The position numbers and the translations under genes are program-made. This document shows, piece by piece, positions 1-9,300 of a DNA stretch of 64,000 bases. The first letter of the stretch is position 1. Every line of letters begins with the position of its first letter. This DNA comes from an uncultured virus (IMG/VR IMGVR_UViG_3300020198_000011) (taxonomy: Duplodnaviria; Heunggongvirae; Uroviricota; Caudoviricetes), in the IMG/VR virus record IMGVR_UViG_3300020198_000011. One strand, given 5' to 3'. The notes under the pieces were generated by a model. The model made no database searches and was not told where the DNA came from. It saw nothing but the letters and a program-made list of their open reading frames with translations.

Positions 1-1000
1 CGCCATTGGCATGGGTATGGTCGGACCGGGCGGGGTTGTTGGCCGAGCCCGTCCCCGCGTAGTCCGGGACGATCGTGCCGTCAGCCGCAGTCTTGAGGCC
101 TTGCCCGAAGGAGTTGGTGTAGACGCCGTTGGTCACAGTGGCGGCGTTGCCGCTGATGTTGATGCCCCAGGTGCCGGACGCCCCCGCGCCACCCGGGCCG
201 GGCACGTCCAGGCCGATCACCAGCCCGAGGCCGGCGCGCGCATTGACCGCCGTCGTCGCCCCGGTGCCACCGTACGCCACGCCCACAGCACTCCCCTGCC
301 AGGTGGCGTTGGACACCGTGCGATTGCCGTCGACGAACGTCGTGCCCCCGACCTTGAAGCCGGGCGTGAAGTCCTTGAGGCCCGAGACGGTCTCGGTGCC
401 GGCCAGGTGGACATAGGCGCCCGCCGCGCTGGTGTAGGCCAGTGTCGAGTAGCTCGCCCCGCCATCGGCGCTGACTTCCCAGACGTCGGTACTCTCATTG
501 AAGCGCAAGATGGCATTGGGCAGCGTCCCACGCTCGATTTCGATGCCGGCCGCCCCCGCCGAGATCCCGGCACCCGCTTCGTTGCGATTGAGGACGATGA
601 CGTTGTCGGCGACCGCCATGTTATCGGCGTCGATGATCGTCGCAGAGCCGTCGAAGATCAGGTTGCCCGAGAGGTAGACGTCTCCCTCGTCGGTGACGCG
701 GAAGATGTCGTTGATGCCGTCGAGGGTGACGCGGAAGCCGCCAGCGGCCCGGAAACCCACCAGACCGGTGGCCGTGAACGTCGGCGTGAGGCCGGTTAGG
801 GTCATGGCTGGCGCCCGCAGCGCGGTGGCGGCACTCAGGCGATCGAGCGTCACCCAGGTGCCATCGAAGTCGATCGTCGTGTCGACCGCCTCGCCCACGT
901 CTGGCACATGGCGCAGCCCGATGGCCCCGACCTGGGTGAGGGCGAACCCCGCGAAGGGGAGATCCTCGTCGACGACGAACTGCTTGACGCGAACGGCCAT
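1..1000 (-). CDS. tail fibre / virion fibre protein (runs off window start)
   Basis: Not in ORF track because it has no stop inside the window. Manual translation from ATG at 1000: MAVRVKQFVVDEDLPF...DNVIVLNRNEAGAGISAGAAGIEIERGTLPNAILRFNESTDVWEV...VAYGGTGATTAVNARAGLGL, typical phage fibre motifs. AGGAG RBS. Confidence 0.75.
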   Translation of the reverse strand, partial: MAVRVKQFVVDEDLPFAGFALTQVGAIGLRHVPDVGEAVDTTIDFDGTWVTLDRLSAATALRAPAMTLTGLTPTFTATGLVGFRAAGGFRVTLDGINDIFRVTDEGDVYLSGNLIFDGSATIIDADNMAVADNVIVLNRNEAGAGISAGAAGIEIERGTLPNAILRFNESTDVWEVSADGGASYSTLAYTSAAGAYVHLAGTETVSGLKDFTPGFKVGGTTFVDGNRTVSNATWQGSAVGVAYGGTGATTAVNARAGLGLVIGLDVPGPGGAGASGTWGINISGNAATVTNGVYTNSFGQGLKTAADGTIVPDYAGTGSANNPARSDHTHANG

Positions 1001-1014
1001 GGAACGCTCCTGTT

Positions 1015-1029
1015 CTGCTGAGATTATAG
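1015..1029 (-). promoter_or_regulatory. conserved putative late promoter motif CTATAATCTCAGCAG (copy 1)
   Basis: 14/15 identical to copies at 6307, 22514 and 56086; directly upstream of the fibre gene RBS. Confidence 0.75.
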
Positions 1030-1122
1030 ATTTCGCGCCAGGCCGGGCACCGCGGAGGACGGCAAGGGCTCAGCGCGAAACGCGTGCGAGGATCGGCCCG
1101 CAGGACCAGCCGAGCGGCGCCC

Positions 1123-1575
1123 CTAGACGATGAGCTCCTGGCATACCACCGCCTTCTGGTAGTACCCCCCGGGCTCCAGCACGATCTCCAGCACGAAATT
1201 ATCCGTCTGGAGTGGCAACTGCCCCATGGTGAAAACGGTGGCCACATTGTCGACCGTCTTGCGCAGCTTGCAGCTGGCCTTCTCGCCCTGGACCACGACG
1301 TCCCGCACCAACAGGTCGTAGGCGTAGCTGTACTTGACCGTCAGGATGCTGGCACTGGCACCGGCGTCGGCTGGCAGGCTGATGCGATCGGCGCTGACCA
1401 CGCAGGCCCCGGGAATGGTCGCCAGATCTTCGCCCAGGGCGGCCCGGACGTAACGCTTCTCGGACAACAGGCTCACGATGCGCCGCAGGAGCTCGTACTG
1501 CTCGTTGGTGTACTTGAGCGAAGCCCGGGCGGCCTCGATGGCGTTGCGCAGCGCAACCTGGACGACGGCGAACAT
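1123..1575 (-). CDS. hypothetical virion-associated protein
   Basis: 150-aa ORF tightly packed in structural operon, coding-like codon usage. Confidence 0.7.
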   Translation of the reverse strand: MFAVVQVALRNAIEAARASLKYTNEQYELLRRIVSLLSEKRYVRAALGEDLATIPGACVVSADRISLPADAGASASILTVKYSYAYDLLVRDVVVQGEKASCKLRKTVDNVATVFTMGQLPLQTDNFVLEIVLEPGGYYQKAVVCQELIV

Positions 1576-1576
1576 G

Positions 1577-2050
1577 TCAGTCGAGCTCCTTGAACAGCGT
1601 GTCGAAATCGCGGGCCGCGGCGGTCTTGGCGGTGCCGATGAGGCTGTCGGCGGTTTCCTTGAGGGCCAGCGCCCCGCCGCCCCAGACCAGCGCCCGCTGT
1701 GCGGTCATCTTGTTGGGCCCCATGTTCATCCCCAGGAACTGGGCGGGGGCGCGGATGGGTCCGGGTGCCTTCGAGAGGTTGTAATGGATGCCCGGCCCCT
1801 TGTTTAGGACCTGGTTGATGCGTACAAGGCCGGTGTTACTGGCGTCTTCGAGCCACTTGCCCCCACGAGCCAGCCCGGGCAAGCGCAGAGCATTGCCGGC
1901 GTGGCGCCCCGCCCAACCCGCCATCTGGGTGAGCCAGGGGAGCGTGGCGGCCGAGTTGGCCAGGCCCGCCGCGCCGGCGACCAGGCCGCCCAGGCTGGCG
2001 TTCTTGGCCAGGAAAGATTTCCTGGCCAGGAACATCTCGTATGGCGTCAT
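1577..2050 (-). CDS. putative head/internal protein (K-x-A motif family)
   Basis: Start re-assigned to MTPYEMFLARKSFLAKNAS, overlapping the upstream stop; Gly/Ala-rich. Confidence 0.65.
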   Translation of the reverse strand: MTPYEMFLARKSFLAKNASLGGLVAGAAGLANSAATLPWLTQMAGWAGRHAGNALRLPGLARGGKWLEDASNTGLVRINQVLNKGPGIHYNLSKAPGPIRAPAQFLGMNMGPNKMTAQRALVWGGGALALKETADSLIGTAKTAAARDFDTLFKELD

Positions 2051-3699
2051 CAGATGGCCCCCGGCTGCCAACCGCCCGACATGATGGCCTCTTCGCGAGC
2101 GGCGTGGTACTCGTCGAAGCGCTTGAGGATCTCGCGCTGGGCCTTGGGTTCGAGCTTGGCGAAGCTCTGCATGTAACGCAAACGGGCCCGATTGTAGGCA
2201 TGGCGCGAGCGCAGGATGCCCAGCATGGCCTCGGTACTCATCTGGGGCTTCTCGGAGCGCGATCCCATGAAATCGAAGGGCCCGGCTTGCTTCTCGACCA
2301 GATTGGAAAGGGAAGATGAGCCATGATTTTCCAATTGCGCCAGTTTGGCTTGCCAATACACCGCCTCGGCGCTGGCCGGCTTGATGGCCGAAGCGAGATC
2401 AGCCAAGGCCGTGCGCACGCCATGCTGCACGCCGGACGCCAAGGCCTTGCTGGCAATCTCGCGCACTCCTCCCGTTCCGATCGACGTCGCGCCAGTCGTC
2501 AGCCCGTGCGCCGCCCCCTCCGCCAAGCCGCGGCCAACCGCCTGGGCGCCGCGCCGCAGGGCCGGTTTGGCCACCTGCCCCGCATAACCCGCAGCGAAAC
2601 CCATTCCCCGCAGGACCGCGTCGCCAAACCCGGCCCGCTTGAGCGTCAAGCCACCCAGCCGTGCCGCCCGCGCCAGGGATTGGCTCTGCTGATGATGCAA
2701 GAGCCCCAGATGGGCCTTCATGGCCGCGACGTTGGCGGGCCGCAGGCGCATGACGTACTCTCGCAGATCGACCTGCCCGGCCAGGTTGGAGGCGTCGGCC
2801 CCCAGACGCCACAACTGCATGACCAGCGGATCGTTCACGGCGGCCGAGACATGGTGTAGCCATTCGGCCGCCTGCTTGGGCGATTCGGCGCCACCACGCT
2901 TGATGGCCAGCCCACCCAGGCGCACCGCCCGCGTGAGGGCGCTGCCGCCAGACGGACGGCGCGGCATCTCCGAATGCGCCATCGCCGGCGGCGTCAGGGT
3001 GGGCGACTGCACGCGGTGCGGCTTGAGGTAGGCCTTCGCAGCGCCCAGCTGCGACGGCCGCAACCTCATCGCAACCTCGCGCAAATCCAGCTGATCGGCC
3101 GTGTTCCACAACCCCATGACCATCGGATCGTTGGCAATCGTCGCCAGATGCGAGAGCCACTCGGCAGCGGCCTGCTTGGTCTCGCCCTTGCGCGCGAAAC
3201 GCTCCCGGATGGCCTGGGCCATGGCCACCGCCCGTACCAGATCGTCGACGGCCCCGACCGCCGCCAGATTCATGCTGGCCCGCTTGGGAGCGCCCATCAA
3301 AGCCGCCTGCGGCCCCTCGACGCGCGGCCGCACCTGTAAGAGGTTGCGCCCCAGCTGTCCCCGGAAAGATCGCTCCAGCTGATCGATGCCGCGATAGGCC
3401 GGCCGGCCCAGGGCCGCCTCGTACATTTCGATGGGATGCGGCGGGGTCGGGACGTGCATGAGATTCTCCAGTTTGCGGCCGCGCTCGCCGAGCTTGAGGC
3501 CGCGACGGATGCCGGCCCGCACCAGCTCCGCGGCCGCGATGGCGTCCTGGGGCTTGACCGACAGCGCGTGAGCCAGCTCGTGGGGTGGCACGACGGCCAT
3601 GAGCCGCCCGCCCGCCTCGCGGCCCAGTCGAGGCAGCATGGCATCGACCTTGGCGGCCTGCTTGGCCGAAACGCCAAACCGCGTCAGCGAAGTATCCAT
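2050..3699 (-). CDS. putative head/internal protein with internal ~90-aa duplication
   Basis: Start re-assigned to MDTSLTRFGVSAKQAA; six K-x-A-[AGS] motifs; two KQAA(A)EWL..NDP..DLRE..MRLRP..RLGGL repeats. Confidence 0.7.
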   Translation of the reverse strand: MDTSLTRFGVSAKQAAKVDAMLPRLGREAGGRLMAVVPPHELAHALSVKPQDAIAAAELVRAGIRRGLKLGERGRKLENLMHVPTPPHPIEMYEAALGRPAYRGIDQLERSFRGQLGRNLLQVRPRVEGPQAALMGAPKRASMNLAAVGAVDDLVRAVAMAQAIRERFARKGETKQAAAEWLSHLATIANDPMVMGLWNTADQLDLREVAMRLRPSQLGAAKAYLKPHRVQSPTLTPPAMAHSEMPRRPSGGSALTRAVRLGGLAIKRGGAESPKQAAEWLHHVSAAVNDPLVMQLWRLGADASNLAGQVDLREYVMRLRPANVAAMKAHLGLLHHQQSQSLARAARLGGLTLKRAGFGDAVLRGMGFAAGYAGQVAKPALRRGAQAVGRGLAEGAAHGLTTGATSIGTGGVREIASKALASGVQHGVRTALADLASAIKPASAEAVYWQAKLAQLENHGSSSLSNLVEKQAGPFDFMGSRSEKPQMSTEAMLGILRSRHAYNRARLRYMQSFAKLEPKAQREILKRFDEYHAAREEAIMSGGWQPGAI

Positions 3700-3710
3700 T
3701 TCTTCACGCC

Positions 3711-4082
3711 TCAAAACAGCGGCCTGGCGGCAAGCGGGGGCCGCCCACCGCCACCGGTCGGGGTTGCAAGCGTCAAGGCGCCGCCACCGAGGCCCGCAAT
3801 TCCCCCGCCGCCTGCCGGCAACGATGGTGCGGATGGCCTTGGAATGCTCGACACGGCCGCGGGTGCAATGGACTGGCCTGGCGCCACTGTACTCTGTGCG
3901 CCCGGCGGACCGATCGTAGGCATCCTCGAAGGGTTTATCTGCAACCATGTCTCCTTGGCCGGGCCGGACAAATCCGCATAAACCGGATTGAGCATTCGCG
4001 GGGCGGCCACATTGATCCCCGCGCGCTTGACGCGCTGAATCGCCATGAAGGCGTCGTAGGGGGTACACACGAAGGCCGGCAT
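3711..4082 (-). CDS. putative small head/internal protein
   Basis: MPAFVCTPYDAFMAIQRVKRAG leader, Pro/Gly-rich, coupled to neighbours. Confidence 0.6.
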   Translation of the reverse strand: MPAFVCTPYDAFMAIQRVKRAGINVAAPRMLNPVYADLSGPAKETWLQINPSRMPTIGPPGAQSTVAPGQSIAPAAVSSIPRPSAPSLPAGGGGIAGLGGGALTLATPTGGGGRPPLAARPLF

Positions 4083-4411
4083 CAGATGGCCACTGTGATG
4101 AGCCAGTCATCGGCCGTCGGACGCCACCTCCCGCGCGTGGCCGCCGCCCGCCTGGCCGGCGGCTTATACTTGTGGCCCCATTGCAGGCCCATCGGGGCGC
4201 CGATTCCTGCCCCGCCGGCTCCCAGGTTGGCAAGGTTCCCCAGCGCACCCGGTGGGCGCCAGGCGCCCTGCTTTGGAGGCAGGTGCCGCCCTTGCGGGAA
4301 GATTCCCCGAGGAGCACCAGATGGTGCGTCCTTGGCATCGACCTTGGCGTCCCCGAACACATGGCTCCGGCCAGCCTGCTTGGCCATGCAGGCGTCGCGT
4401 GGCGCAATCAT
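4082..4411 (-). CDS. putative small basic head/internal protein
   Basis: MIAPRDACMAKQAG leader; ATGA overlap with sigma gene stop. Confidence 0.55.
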   Translation of the reverse strand: MIAPRDACMAKQAGRSHVFGDAKVDAKDAPSGAPRGIFPQGRHLPPKQGAWRPPGALGNLANLGAGGAGIGAPMGLQWGHKYKPPARRAAATRGRWRPTADDWLITVAI

Positions 4412-5115
4412 CCCGTCAAACTCCCCACGGCCTGCTGGTAGCGCCGGGCCTTGTGCGCGATCTCGGTCTTGAGCCCCGAGATGCGGCTGGGATGGACGTT
4501 GGCCCTGCTGGCGATCTGCCCGGGTCGCAAGACCTCGGCCCCGCCGTAACCGGTGGTATGCCGGAACACCAGCTTCTGCATGGGCGAGAGCTGCTCGTAG
4601 AGGAAGTCGGCAGCGATCCGCTCGTGGCTGATGTCCTCGCGCACGGGCTGGGCTGCGTCGGCTTTGTGCAGGGCGCTGTAAAGACTCGTCTGGAAGGTCT
4701 TGAGCTTGCCCAGGGTGGCCGTACCAATCCCCAGGCGCTCCGAGACCTCCTCGGGCAAAGGGGCGCGCCCCAGCTCGGCTTCGAGATCCTGCTTGGTGCG
4801 CAACACCTTGCCGGCCAGTTGCGCCTTGGCCTCGGGTAGCCGGACCTCCTGGCGGTAGGTGGTCGCATAGCGATCGAGGCCCCGCAGGTGGGTCATCAGG
4901 TGGGTCGAGAGCTCGGCCTTCTGGGGATCGTAGGTCTCGAAGGCCTTGCGCGCCAGGCGTCTGGCCTCGGCCCGCAACGCGACATCTGGCAGGCCCGAGC
5001 CCGACCAGCGCCCGACCTCACGGCTCATGAGGGGCTGATAGGCCGTCATGAGCGGCGCGAGCTTGGCGCGGGGCCGCCCGGAAGCATGCCAATCGGCCCA
5101 GAGCTCGGTGCTCAC
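4408..5115 (-). CDS. phage RNA polymerase sigma factor (sigma70 family, short group-3-like)
   Basis: Region 2-like KAFETYDPQKAELSTHL, VRLPE, region 3-like LEAELGRAPLPEEVSERLGI, region 4-like LSPMQKLVFRH...GQIASRANVHPSRIS. Confidence 0.85.
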   Translation of the reverse strand: MSTELWADWHASGRPRAKLAPLMTAYQPLMSREVGRWSGSGLPDVALRAEARRLARKAFETYDPQKAELSTHLMTHLRGLDRYATTYRQEVRLPEAKAQLAGKVLRTKQDLEAELGRAPLPEEVSERLGIGTATLGKLKTFQTSLYSALHKADAAQPVREDISHERIAADFLYEQLSPMQKLVFRHTTGYGGAEVLRPGQIASRANVHPSRISGLKTEIAHKARRYQQAVGSLTG

Positions 5116-6296
5116 CAGTCACCCCGCATGGGCGTCCTGAGGAATTCGCCGAGGGTTCTGGGGGTCGCCCGGGGTGTCATGCGGTTGAAGCGGTCGAGAA
5201 GTATCGCGGATTCCGGATCCACGGAGCTAAACCCGCGCGAGAGCGCCGGAAGGCGCGGCTTTCGCACGGCCGTCGCAAGCCGCGACCCGGCAGCCGGTCC
5301 CGGGACGGGCGGCCGCCCGGGAATCAGTTTGGCACGCGAGGGCAATAGCTTATCCCACCTGCTGGCCTCTTTCCGGAGACACATCGCCGCCAGTTTCTGC
5401 CCCCAACTCTCGCCGCCAGGCTGGTCGGCCACCTCGGCCTGGGGGTTCTGCATCTGGGGCTGCCAGGCCTGCTGCCCGAAAGGCGAGTTGGCCCCCTGGA
5501 GCTGGAAGCCCGTGCGCACCTGCTGGCTGTAGGGCATCATCTCCAGCAGCCGGCCAGTCTGCATCTCGACATTCATGCCGATCTCTTCCTGTATCTGGCT
5601 GGTCTGAAAACCGATGTCCTGCTGGGCTGCCTGCTCCAGGGCCTGGCCGATCTCACCCGGGCCTATGGCCGCGCCCTGGTTGATGGCCACTTCGAGCATC
5701 TGGGCCGTGGCGTCGACCTGGGTCGGGGGCGGGAACATCGCACCCTGGCCGGTGAGCGGATCGGCCGCGAAGGGCCCATGTTGCACGGCGCCAGCGGGGG
5801 CGGGTCCGACCGGCTGGCCGGCCATGGCCACCGCGTTGGGATCCGGGGCCATCATGCCTCCGGCGGGGGCATCCACTGGCGCGCCCGGAGCAGGAACCGG
5901 CGGGGCAGTATTGGGATCGGCGGGGACCGCATTGGGATCGCCCGGCGGCGGAGCCTGCGGGAGCGGCGCGGACTGGGCGTCGGCCGGAGGTGGTCCCTGC
6001 TCGGATTTTTCCGACTTCTCGGACTTCTTGTCCGGGTCCTTCTTGGGCTTCTTGTCGTCCTCGGCGGCCTTGATGAGATCGGCGGCCTGCCGGGCGATGG
6101 TCGACACCTCGTCACACAGCGGCACGACGTCGACGTAAGCCGCGTACTTCTGGGCCTGCTCGTAAATCGGCGCATTCAGGTACGCACCCAGAGCGGCGGC
6201 CTTGACGCGCTCACACACCGCGATGATGGCCGTAGGCTTGTCTGGCGCATCGCCCGCCAAGCCGTGCACGCGGGCATAGAACGTCGAAAGATCCAT
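5112..6296 (-). CDS. putative head/scaffold-like protein (K-x-A motifs, Pro/Gln/Ala-rich)
   Basis: 394 aa, GGAGG RBS, KAAA/KYAA/KAAE/KLAA/KEAS motifs, low complexity. Confidence 0.7.
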   Translation of the reverse strand: MDLSTFYARVHGLAGDAPDKPTAIIAVCERVKAAALGAYLNAPIYEQAQKYAAYVDVVPLCDEVSTIARQAADLIKAAEDDKKPKKDPDKKSEKSEKSEQGPPPADAQSAPLPQAPPPGDPNAVPADPNTAPPVPAPGAPVDAPAGGMMAPDPNAVAMAGQPVGPAPAGAVQHGPFAADPLTGQGAMFPPPTQVDATAQMLEVAINQGAAIGPGEIGQALEQAAQQDIGFQTSQIQEEIGMNVEMQTGRLLEMMPYSQQVRTGFQLQGANSPFGQQAWQPQMQNPQAEVADQPGGESWGQKLAAMCLRKEASRWDKLLPSRAKLIPGRPPVPGPAAGSRLATAVRKPRLPALSRGFSSVDPESAILLDRFNRMTPRATPRTLGEFLRTPMRGDW

Positions 6297-6306
6297 GGAA
6301 GGCCTC

Positions 6307-6321
6307 CTGCTGGGATTATAG
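6307..6321 (-). promoter_or_regulatory. conserved putative late promoter motif CTATAATCCCAGCAG (copy 2)
   Basis: Exact 15-mer; similarity to copy 1 extends to GGCGCG(G/A)AATCTATAATC(C/T)CAGCAG. Confidence 0.75.
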
Positions 6322-6347
6322 ATTCCGCGCCCGGCAGGCCCCGCAGC

Positions 6348-9300
6348 TTAGCCGGGATGCGCCTCGCGGTTGGTAATGCGCCTGGCATGGGCGTACACTC
6401 TATCCTGGATCTCCTGGGCGAATGCCATTGGCGCACCCGAGAACGCCGTCCCCACTAATCGCCGGGCAGGTCTGGTCGCAGCCCGGCCATCCACCCGGAA
6501 CGACGCGTCCTCATCCTCGTAGAGAAACGCCAATCCCGAGCGCCGAGCACCCGAGTGCATGCCGACCTGCGCGATGGGCCGATACCACTTGCGCGTCTGC
6601 ACCTCCCGGGCGGAAAGATCCAGGATCTCTTCATCGAGGGCCACGAAGTCCTCATGGAACATGAAGCCCCCCACGTCGTCGTAGCCGGCCATCATGGCAT
6701 AGCGCCCGAAATCGCCCTGCCTGTCGGAAGCCCCCAGACCGAAACCCCCGTGGTAGACGAAGGGCGGCGGCATCGGCCTTGGGTGGTGACTCAAGAGCTC
6801 CCTGGGCATCCAGGTGTTCACCTGTCGACCGGGAATGACGTGGTCCTGCACGACCTTGGCCCGTCGCGGCAGGACGGCGCCGTCGTCGGTCTCATGTAAT
6901 CTCTTGCCGGCGAACCGGACATGGGTGTACGTGACCTCGGTGAAGGCACGATCGGCCGTGATGACATGCCGGGCCACCCGCACATGGGCGACCAGGTGCA
7001 GCAATGTCTCGCGACCGCCATCGAGAACCGCACAGGGGTAACCAACCAGCAGATAGGGGTTGAAATCGATACGGCTCCCGAAGCCCTGCTGCTGGAAGCG
7101 GCGAAGATAGAACTGGAAGTTGAGGTAGGGCCCAGCGAAGGCGCCCACGACCTCGGAGGACTTGACCTCTCCGACCTTCAGCTTGGATGCGCCGTCCTCG
7201 TCTACCGTCACCGCCTCCTGGGCGTCGACCTGCCGGGACAATTCACCGAACTCGCTACGGACGCTGTGATCGGTGCCCGGTGGGGTGCCGGTCAGCTCCG
7301 GCTCGCCTTCGAGCGGCGCCGCCCCGCCGGCCTGGCGCTTCTGGTCCCACTTCTCGAAATCCGCATAGAGGCGATTCCGGATGGAACGGGCCGCATTGCG
7401 AATCCCGTCGACCATCCCGGCCTCGAAGTTCGTCAGATGGGATCTCGGGAAATAGTCCGTGGCGGGCCGGACGTCCTTGATTCGACTCCTGCGACCTTCC
7501 GAGGCGTTCGCCATCTGGGTGGCCTGGAGCTCCTGCACAGCCGCCACAAGCCAGCCAGCCGCCTCGATCTGGGCGGACGTCAAACTCACGCCGGGCGGTG
7601 TAAGCAGCCCGATGGTCACGTTGCGCTGGGGGCCACCGGCCAGCGATCCCCCGCTATCGGGGGCAATCGTCGAAACGGGCAGCAATCCGGTCGTCGTGTT
7701 TTCGAGATCCGCAATGCGGGTGGGCCCGACGGACCTCCCGGCTGACGTCGCGCCCGGACCCAGAATGTACCACGGCTTGGGCTCGAAGCGCCGCCGTGTC
7801 GGCGCGCCACGCCGCACTACTTCCACGCGCAGGTAGGCGGTGGGATCGACGATGGCCTTGTCGAGCACGAAGCGGATCCAGGTGGTGCTACTGCCGGGTA
7901 CCGTCGCGGTTTCGACGCGCTGCAATGTGGCCTGCTGAGCAGGGGGTGTCTGCCCATCCCAGGGATCCCAGTCGTCGAAATAGAGCCGAGTCACCGTGAC
8001 GGTGGCCTCACCCGGGTTGTCCTTGAGATCCTGCAACAGCCCGTCGGATAGGTCTATCCGGGGCCAGCCGCCGACCCGGAGATCCTCGCCGATCATGTCG
8101 TTCGAGAAGATCAACTCCTTGATGAGGTTGGGCCTGGCGGGGGTGCCGCGGACGCTGAGCGCGAACTTCTTGTCCTCGTCCGTCAGGTGTATGGCGGGAT
8201 GGTACGGTCCATGCTGGTAGTCCTCCTGATAGCGCCTCTGGTTAGCGATCGACGCCCGGGCCTCCACCGGGGCCGCCCAACCGTGGATCTTCGGCCAGGT
8301 ATCCCGGCCGAACCAGAACCGCTCGTTGTAGGGCAGGACCCCGCGCCATTCGGGCAACGCCCGGCTCCTGCCGCCCACCCCGAAGGCCGGAATCATGAGA
8401 TTGAGAGACGCGGCGTCGGCCCCTGTCAACCCGTCGACCACCACCCCGAAGGGGAGTGCCGTGGACTCCTCGAAGAGCATGTGATTGCGACCCTGGGTCT
8501 GGATGATGACCGGCTCATGGCCACCTCCCTCCTTGGGGACCAGCGCGACGACGTAGTTGCAGCCTGCCGCCCGCAGATTCCGCGCCTGATCCGGCAGCAG
8601 GTAGCGCCAGCGCGACGCCTCCTGCTTGCTGCTCGGCTGATCGGAGACCTGGTAGGAGAAGGCCAGGCGCAGCAATGTGATGCGCTCGGGCACCATCAAG
8701 GCCTTCTGGCGATCGTCGTCGACAACCACCAGGGACTCGTTGCGACGCCGGTAGAGCCTGCCGTCGCCGCCCCAGGCCGACACCTCGCGGGGATCGATGC
8801 CGTTGCCGGCCCCGAGCGCCATACTCAGGAACCCCCAGTAGCGAATGAGGCGACTCGGCCCGTCCTTGCCATCGTGTATCTTCCAAGCGGCGGCGACCGG
8901 ATCGGCCGTCGCGACACTCTTGGTATCCGCGGCCGCGGCAGCCGCCGGCGTCTTGTAGCCGCTGGCCATGGCCTGCACGGCGATCGTGAGGGCCCTGGGA
9001 ATTTCGAGGTAGTCCTCGACGATGCCGACCAGGTGCTCCTCGGCGGTGAGGAACTGCACCTTGCGCTTGACGTCCCGGACGGGCCCCGAGCCCTCCTGAA
9101 CCAAGATGGGGCCTTCGCCGGGATCCTTGACCATCCGCTCCCAGAGGACCTGGAGCTGCTGGGGCGCAAAGACCGTGGTGACGCGTCCGAAGATGGCGTC
9201 GGGCTCCATGCCCCACAGCGCCTGGGGATAGAACTGACCGCGCAGCCGCGTGGGCTTGACCGACCGATCCTCGTTGAACTCCCAGCGCTCGCAAACCGAC

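Noticed and set aside
3700..4407. N-terminal 236 aa of the 785-aa ORF 2050-4407
   Set aside because: Overlaps two better ORFs (3711-4082 and 4082-4411); real start taken as ATG 3699
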